Shown one piece after another: positions 27,091 through 64,000 of a stretch of DNA of 64,000 nucleotides (position 1 is its first letter; every line of letters starts with the position of its first letter). The stretch comes from the human T2T-CHM13v2.0 reference genome, Homo sapiens. The notes beneath the pieces are model-generated. The model was not told the DNA's origin. It did no database searches and worked only from the letters and a program-made list of their open reading frames with translations. The stretch lies in the NCBI RefSeq assembly GCF_009914755.1, contig NC_060943.1; one strand, 5' to 3'. A program made the translations under genes and the position numbers.

Positions 27091-27609
27091 TCCAAGGCTC
27101 GTGTTTTGAGATTTTGAGCAGGACATTCAAGCTTCAAACAGGAAAAAAATACCCAAGAGGAGGCTCATTTACGATGATTTTGAACAGCTGTGTAAGGTCA
27201 TTATCACCACCCCCATTTTATAGGGGGGTGAGGGTGGGGTGGGGGGTGGGATGGGAGGACCGTCATTTTTCCCACAATGTTTACAGCCCCCTTCCCTATA
27301 TGCCTGGATCCTCCAAGCTACAAGACCCCGCAATGCTGCAGGGAGCCCTTGAGTCCAGACTCCCCATCCAGTGCTCCTGGGGGTGGATGCCCAGCCCAGG
27401 GTCCAGGGATCCATCTGAGCCCCCCTTGCCCCCATTCCCAGTCCATTCTACGCCAGAACAGGTAAATGGCAGGGTCTGCTCCTGCCCCACGGATGCCAGG
27501 CCCAGCAGGGTGCAGCAGCTTCCATTTCATGGCAGCATCTAGGGTTCCCCCCGCAGGATGGGTGGCAACAGGCACGGGGCAGAGAGGAGGCAGGTGCACT
27601 GGAGCCTGG

Positions 27610-54896
<27,287 letters not shown>

Positions 54897-55064
54897 CGGA
54901 TCCACGTAGAGCCCCACAGCCCCAGGGGAGCCTCTCTGCCACCTGCGAGGTTCAGCCACCCCGTCCCCACTCCGGAACACATTGAAGCTGAGCAAGGAGA
55001 AAAGACTGAAAAAAAAGAAAAAAGAAAAAAAGTAAAGTGTCACAGCCCATCCCTAAGGCAAGTC

Positions 55065-55090
55065 AAAGTGAAAGAGAAACCCAGGAAGTC
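55065..55090. promoter_or_regulatory. IL12RB1: IL12RB1 proximal promoter ISRE/IRF-E next to an ETS site
   Basis: AAAGTGAAAGAGAAACC (55065-55081) followed by AGGAAGT (55083-55089), about 170-190 bp upstream of the ATG. Confidence 0.75.
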
Positions 55091-55196
55091 AGCTCCGTGG
55101 TGGTGGTGATGGTGGCGGCCACAGACTCTGGAGCAAGTCTGACTTTGGAGCAAGTCAGGGTTCTAGGGGGTTCTGCCCTGCTGGCCCCAGACCTGA

Positions 55197-55610
<414 letters not shown>

Positions 55611-56197
55611 TAGGGTCTTGATCTGTGGCCCAGCTGTAGTGCAGTGGTGCAATCACGGCTCACTGCAACATCAACCTCCCCAGGCTCAGGCCATCCTCCT
55701 ACCTCAGCCTCCCCAGGAACTGGGACTACAGGCATGCACCACCACGCCCAGCTAATTTTTGCATTTTTTTTTTTTTAAGAGAGGGGGTTTTGCCATGTTG
55801 CCCAGGCTGGTCTCAAACTCCCGGGTTCAAATGATCCGTCCGCCTTGGCCTACCAAAATTCTGGGATCACAGGCGTGAGCCACCGCACCGGGCCATCTCG
55901 CCAGCTTCTGAATCTGAGACTCAAGAGCTGAAGGAGGGCAGTGTTCTTGGATGGCCTAATTTCATCCTTCCAACAAATTGTTACAAAGAGCTTGCAGCAT
56001 GCTGGCCCTCCACAATGCCCACCTCCCCACATGCCAAGCTCCAGCCTTGTGCACCTGGGCTCACCCCTCTAATCCCAGCACTTTGAGAGGTCGAGGTGGG
56101 AGGATCACTTGACCCCAGGAGTTTGGGTCTACCTAAACAACATAGCAAGACCCCATCTCTATAAAAAATAAAGAATTAGGCCAGGCGCGGTGGCTCA

Positions 56198-56636
<439 letters not shown>

Positions 56637-57134
56637 TTAAAAAAAAAAAAAAAAAAATTTAAGAGATGCAACTTAGTCTTTCCCCCATGTTCCATTTCTT
56701 AGCCTCTGAGTATTTTGTTTCCTGCCCCTCCCTCCCCACTGTCGGCAAAGCCTCTAAATGTCAGTGGAGAAGCTCTGATCCAAGCTACCATGTGGATGAA
56801 CCCTCAAAAACATAATGCTGGGCTGGGTGCAGTGGTTCACATCTGTAATTCCAACACTTTGGGAGGCCGAGGTGGGCGGATCACCTGAGGTCAGGAGTTT
56901 GAGACCAGCCTGGCCAACAAGGCGAAACCCTGTCTCTACTAAAAATACAAAAATTTGCCAGGCCTGGTGACATGTGCCTGTAATTCCAGCTATTCGGGAG
57001 GCTGAGGCAGAGAGAATTACTTGAACCTGGGAGGTAGAGGTTGCAGTGAGCTGAGATCGTGCCACTGCACTCCAGCCTGGGTGACAGAGTGAGACTCCAT
57101 CTCAAAAAAAAAAAAACACACATACACAAAAAAA

Positions 57135-57412
57135 AAAACCCATCATGCTGGGTGGACGAAGATGGACAGGAAAGGCACACACTGTATGATTCCACTTATA
57201 TAAAATATCCAAAATAGGCAAATGTACAGAGGCAGACAGTAGCTGAGTGGTTGTCAGGGGCTGGGGGGAGGCGGGAGTGAGAAGTGACTGCTGATGTATG
57301 CGGGGTTTCCTTTTGGGGTGATGCAAATGTTCTGGAACCAGATAGAGGTGGTGGTTGCACAACACTGAATGTGCTAAATGTCACTGAATCGTTTGCTTTA
57401 AAATGATGAATT
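57135..57412 (+). mobile_element. L1MB-like 3' fragment
   Basis: actgtatgattccacttatataaaatatccaaaataggcaaat..gggtgatgcaaatgttctggaa. Confidence 0.8.
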
Positions 57413-57478
57413 TCCGGCCCGGGCGCGGTGGCTCACTCCTGCAATCCCAGCACTTGGGAGGCCGAGCCAGGTGGATCA

Positions 57479-57688
<210 letters not shown>

Positions 57689-60401
57689 CTATGTCTCAAA
57701 AAAAAAAAAAAGATGAATTTTAGGTTACGTGAGATGCATCTACAGAAAAAAGAAATATTCTTAGAGTCCAGGGGCACTGAGGAGGGAGAAGGAGAGGGTC
57801 TCTCCTGGGGATGAGCATCTGTGGAAACTGAGGCCCAAGTGGCCAGGGTTGTGCAATGCGGTTCAGCTTCCTGGGAGGAGGTCCCTCCTTCAAGAAGCCT
57901 GGCTCCGAGGGGCAGCTGAGCTGGCCAGGGTCAGGCGCCCAGCAGGCTATGAGGTCAGTGAGTTAGGGACAAAGACTCAGTGTCCTGGGCCTGGCACAGT
58001 GGGGACGGGGGCCCTGTGACCCCATACAGGACAGCCTTCTCTGGCCCCGGGGCCCAGGCCAGGGTCAGCTGGGGGATGGATGTGTGAGGCCTGGGGGAGG
58101 GGCAGAGACAGAGAAAGGGACAGAGATAGAGAGATACATAAAGATGGAGGAGGCCAGGCAGGGTGGATTATGCCTGTAATCCAGCACTTTGTGAGGCCAA
58201 GGCAGGAGGATTGCTGTAGGCTAGGAGTTCAAGAGCAGCCTGGGCAACATGGTGAGACTCCATCTCTACAAAAAATAATTTGCTGGGCATGGTGGCAGGT
58301 GCCTGTAGTCCCAGCTACCTGGGAGGCTGAGGCTTAAGCCAGGGAGGTCGAGACTGCAGTGAGCTCTAATTGCGCCACTGCACTCCAGCCTGGGCCACAG
58401 AGCAAGACCCTGCTCAAAAAATAACAAGAAAGGTGGAGGAAATAGGTAGAGATCAGAGGAAAGTCATGGCCCCCTCCTGACCATCCTGAGACCCTCCCAA
58501 CTCCACCAATTCCTGGAGAGTCCCTCACTTGCCTTATTTCACAGATTGGGAAACTGAGTCCAGGGGCACTCAGACCACCTGAGGCCCCAGCTGGAGATGA
58601 AGAGATGGATTCAAACCACCCCTTGTGGAGTATAGTTTTGCCCCTTCCAGAGTGGAGACCGTGCCTCAGGGCTTCCCCCACCCGCACCAAGGTTGGCCCT
58701 CTCAGGCCTCATCTTTCCCACCTGCAAAATGGGCTTTTGTGAGTATGAAGGAGGGCTTGGCTTGCAGTGAGCGCTGTCCACCCGCTGGCCAGTGTGATTA
58801 GTCATTGTTGTTGTTCCCCAGTGGCCTCTGCCTGGCAGCTGCTGGAAAAACATCGAGGGAGGGAGATACAGGGCTGGGGAGGTGAAAAGCTGGACACAGA
58901 CGCCCCTAGCCCCTTGGGATCAGGAACAGATGGAGGCCGGGTGCCCTGAAGTGGAGCAGGGAGGACTGCCTGGAGGAGGGACACTTGAGCTAGAATGTAT
59001 AGAATTACAGGGCATCTCCGGCAGAGGCCACAGCAGAGGCAAAAGTCCAGAGGAGGTGCTTTGGGGACCACCAAGATGGACACAGTGGGTCTGGGTTTCT
59101 GTGGGGTGATGGGCTGGGGCCTCGAGCGCCAGGCTAAAGGGCCTGGCTTTCTCCGAGGGCGGTAGGGAGCCATGGCAGGTGTGTGAGCTGGAGGGGTACC
59201 CCAGACAAAGGTGAAGTGGTATTTCTCCCCTTATTGAAGTCACAACCTGACACTCCCTCTGAAGTTCCCCACATCCCACCTTCCCCTTGCCACATCTTGG
59301 CAAGCCCACCTCCTTCCCTCCGTCTCTAGGCCTGCCAAGAGGCCCTGTGGGCCCCTTATGGCCCCACCCAGCTGCCCCAGAAGCTCGTCTGAGATAAGTT
59401 CCCAGGGCTGCCCCACTTTCAGGTGCCCCACAGACTCGGGGGCGGGTGAAGCAGGAAGGATCGAGTCACGAGGGCCCCAGAAAACATGACGGGAGGAACC
59501 ACAGCACTTCCCCACCTCCTCAGCTTCCGCCTTCTCAGGGAGAGAGACCTTCAGCCCGAGGAGGAGGGCCGAGCTTCCCTCCATGTGGCAAGAGACCCTA
59601 ACGTCGCTGAGGATCATCTAAAGAGGGTGTTGAAGGATGCATAGGAGTTAGCCAGGAGACAACCCATTTGTTAATTTAACAAACTCATAGGCATCACTCA
59701 TCAACAAGAACAATTTTCATCATTCAATCAGGACTTTCTAATGCCTCTGAGGGATCATTTGAGGATGTTTAATTATTATTTTTATTTGAGACAGGGTCTC
59801 ACTCTGTTACCCAGGCTGGAGTGCAGTGACACAATCATAGCTCACTGCAGCCTCAACCTCCCAGTTTCAAGCTATCCTTCTACCTCAGCCTCTGATATAG
59901 CTGAGACACAGGCCAATGCCACCATGATGCCTGGCTTTTCTTTTTTTTTTTTTTTTTTTTACTTTTGAGACAGAGTCTTGCTCAGTCACCCAGGCTGGAG
60001 TGCAGTGGTGCGATTTCAGCTCACTATAACCTCCGCCTCCTGAGTTTAAGCAATTCTCCTGCCTCAGCCTCCTGAGTAGCTGGGATTACAGACATGCACC
60101 ACCACACCCAGCTAATTTTTGTATTTGTAGTAGAGATGGGGTTTCACCATGTTGTCCAGGCTGGTCTCAAATGCCTGACCTTAAGTGATCTGCTGGCCTC
60201 GGCCTCCCAAAGGGCTGGGATTACCGGCGTAAGCCACCGCCCCTCGACCATCCAGCTTTTTTTTTTTTTTTTTCAGTTTTTGGTAGAAATGTGGTCTCAT
60301 GCCTGTATCCCAGCACTTTGGGAAGGCCGAGGTGGGCAGATCACTTGAGGTCAGGAATTCGAGACTAGCCTGACCAACATGGAGAAACCCCGTCTCTACT
60401 A

Positions 60402-60560
<159 letters not shown>

Positions 60561-60631
60561 TCAAAAAAATAAAATAAAATAAAAATACAAAATTAGCCAG
60601 GCATGGTGGCACGCGCCTGTAATCCTAGCTA

Positions 60632-60806
<175 letters not shown>

Positions 60807-61391
60807 TCAAGGGATCCTCCCACCTCAGCCTCCCAAAGTGCTGGGATTACAGGCATGAGCCACCGCTCCCAAACAGATTAGAGGATGTTTTAAGGAAGAC
60901 TCAGGAGGTTACCAAGAAAAAAGTTCATTCAACCACCACACTTCCTGATGTCCCTTATAGAGACATGTGAGGAGAGTTTTGATGGGTACATAGAAGCTCA
61001 CAAGAATAAAATGTATTTGTTCATTCAATACAAGGTCCTCTGATACTTCTCAAAGAGAATTTGAAGTGGATTTTGAAGAATATATAGATGTTAGGCCGGG
61101 CACAGTGGCTCATGCCTGTAATCCTAGCACTTTGGGAGGCTGAGGTGGGTGGATCGCCTGAGGTCAGGAGTTTGAGACCAGCCTGGCAAACATGGTGAAA
61201 CCCTGTCTCCACTAAAAATACAAAGATTAGCCGGGTGTGGTGGCAGGTGCCTGTAATTCCAGCTACTCGGGAGGCTGAGCGCAGGAGAATTGCTTGAATC
61301 CAGGAGGCGGAGGTTGCAGTGAGCCGAGATTGCTCCACTGCACTTCAGCCTGGCCAACAGAGCTGGACTTTTGTCTCAAAAACAAAAAACA

Positions 61392-61453
61392 AAAAAACAC
61401 AAATATATATATATATATACTTGTGTGTGTGCGTGTGTGTGTGTGTGTGTGTG
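61392..61453 (+). repeat. (TA)n then (TG)n microsatellite
   Basis: Seen directly. Confidence 0.9.
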
Positions 61454-61499
61454 TTAACCACAGAAAAACTGCATTCATTCATTCAGTCAGTCCAGTCAG

Positions 61500-61790
61500 T
61501 CACTCAATAAGCACTCCTTCTTGCCCACTGAGGGGTTGTTCAGGAGGCAGTTCAGTGTAGGAATTCTCCAGATGGAGCAGCGGATTTGAGACCTCTCTGG
61601 TGGCTCTCTCCAGCATGTTCCCACATGCCCAACCCAACCCTGGTTCAGGGAACCTCTCTTTCCCCAGGATTCCAGTCAAAGCCCCAGGGAGGGCTCTGAT
61701 AGGCTGAGCTTGGGTCACATGTACACCTTGAACCAATCACAGTGGCTGAGGTGGATAAACGAGTCTGAGTCACATGTCCACCCCAGGCTG
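61500..61790 (-). mobile_element. Old ERVL LTR fragment (LTR16/LTR33-like)
   Basis: Minus strand gattggttcaaggtgtacatgtgacccaagctcagcctatcagagcc. Confidence 0.5.
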
Positions 61791-61905
61791 GACTAAGGGA
61801 GAACTTTGAGGCAGAGCTGCCCAGAGTCAGAACAATTGGCCATTGCAGGACATGAGCTTCTCATCACTTGGGGTGTGCAAGCTACAGCCTGAAGTTCACT
61901 TAGTG

Positions 61906-63839
<1,934 letters not shown>

Positions 63840-64000
63840 ACTTGATGCAATTCTACAGTACCTCATGGACAGTCAGGCCCAGTGACCCTTCCTAGGGTCC
63901 CCTCGAGCCTGAAAGCATACTCCAGTGTCCACACTGTACAGTGGGGCAGCCGAAGACAACTGCGGCTGCAGAGAAAGTGCGAGTCCCAGGGAAAGAAAAA

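Overview
Human (or great-ape) genomic DNA, extremely Alu-dense, matching the IL12RB1 locus (19p13.11 from recall). The complete IL12RB1 coding region lies on the minus strand: 17 exons, ATG at 54896, TGA at 27700-27702, 662 aa, all GT-AG, carrying the Q214-M365-G378 allele. There is also an Alu-derived alternative terminal exon in intron 9 giving a 381-aa form with no transmembrane segment. Left of the gene are three retrocopies: a 3'UTR plus poly(A) of unassigned parent (1-1514), NAXE/APOA1BP (about 8400-9256) and RPS18 (16737-17565). Two orphan CpG-rich elements are present, one with a near-palindromic CTCF motif. Almost all ORFs in the supplied track are Alu or simple-repeat artefacts. I found no new multi-gene system. 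The most interesting unexplained structures are: (i) a cluster of templated-insertion and fold-back scars (25 bp of the NAXE pseudogene pasted inverted into an Alu, a 34-bp hairpin in intron 4, a ~200-bp segment copied into a MER53 MITE, a fold-back Alu-Alu junction); (ii) transposon-built IL12RB1 C-termini (Alu exon 9b, MIR-derived exon 17, an open reading frame through intron 16); (iii) an upstream in-frame splice acceptor whose A is position c.-111. Repeat family names come from remembered consensus sequences, not from a search.
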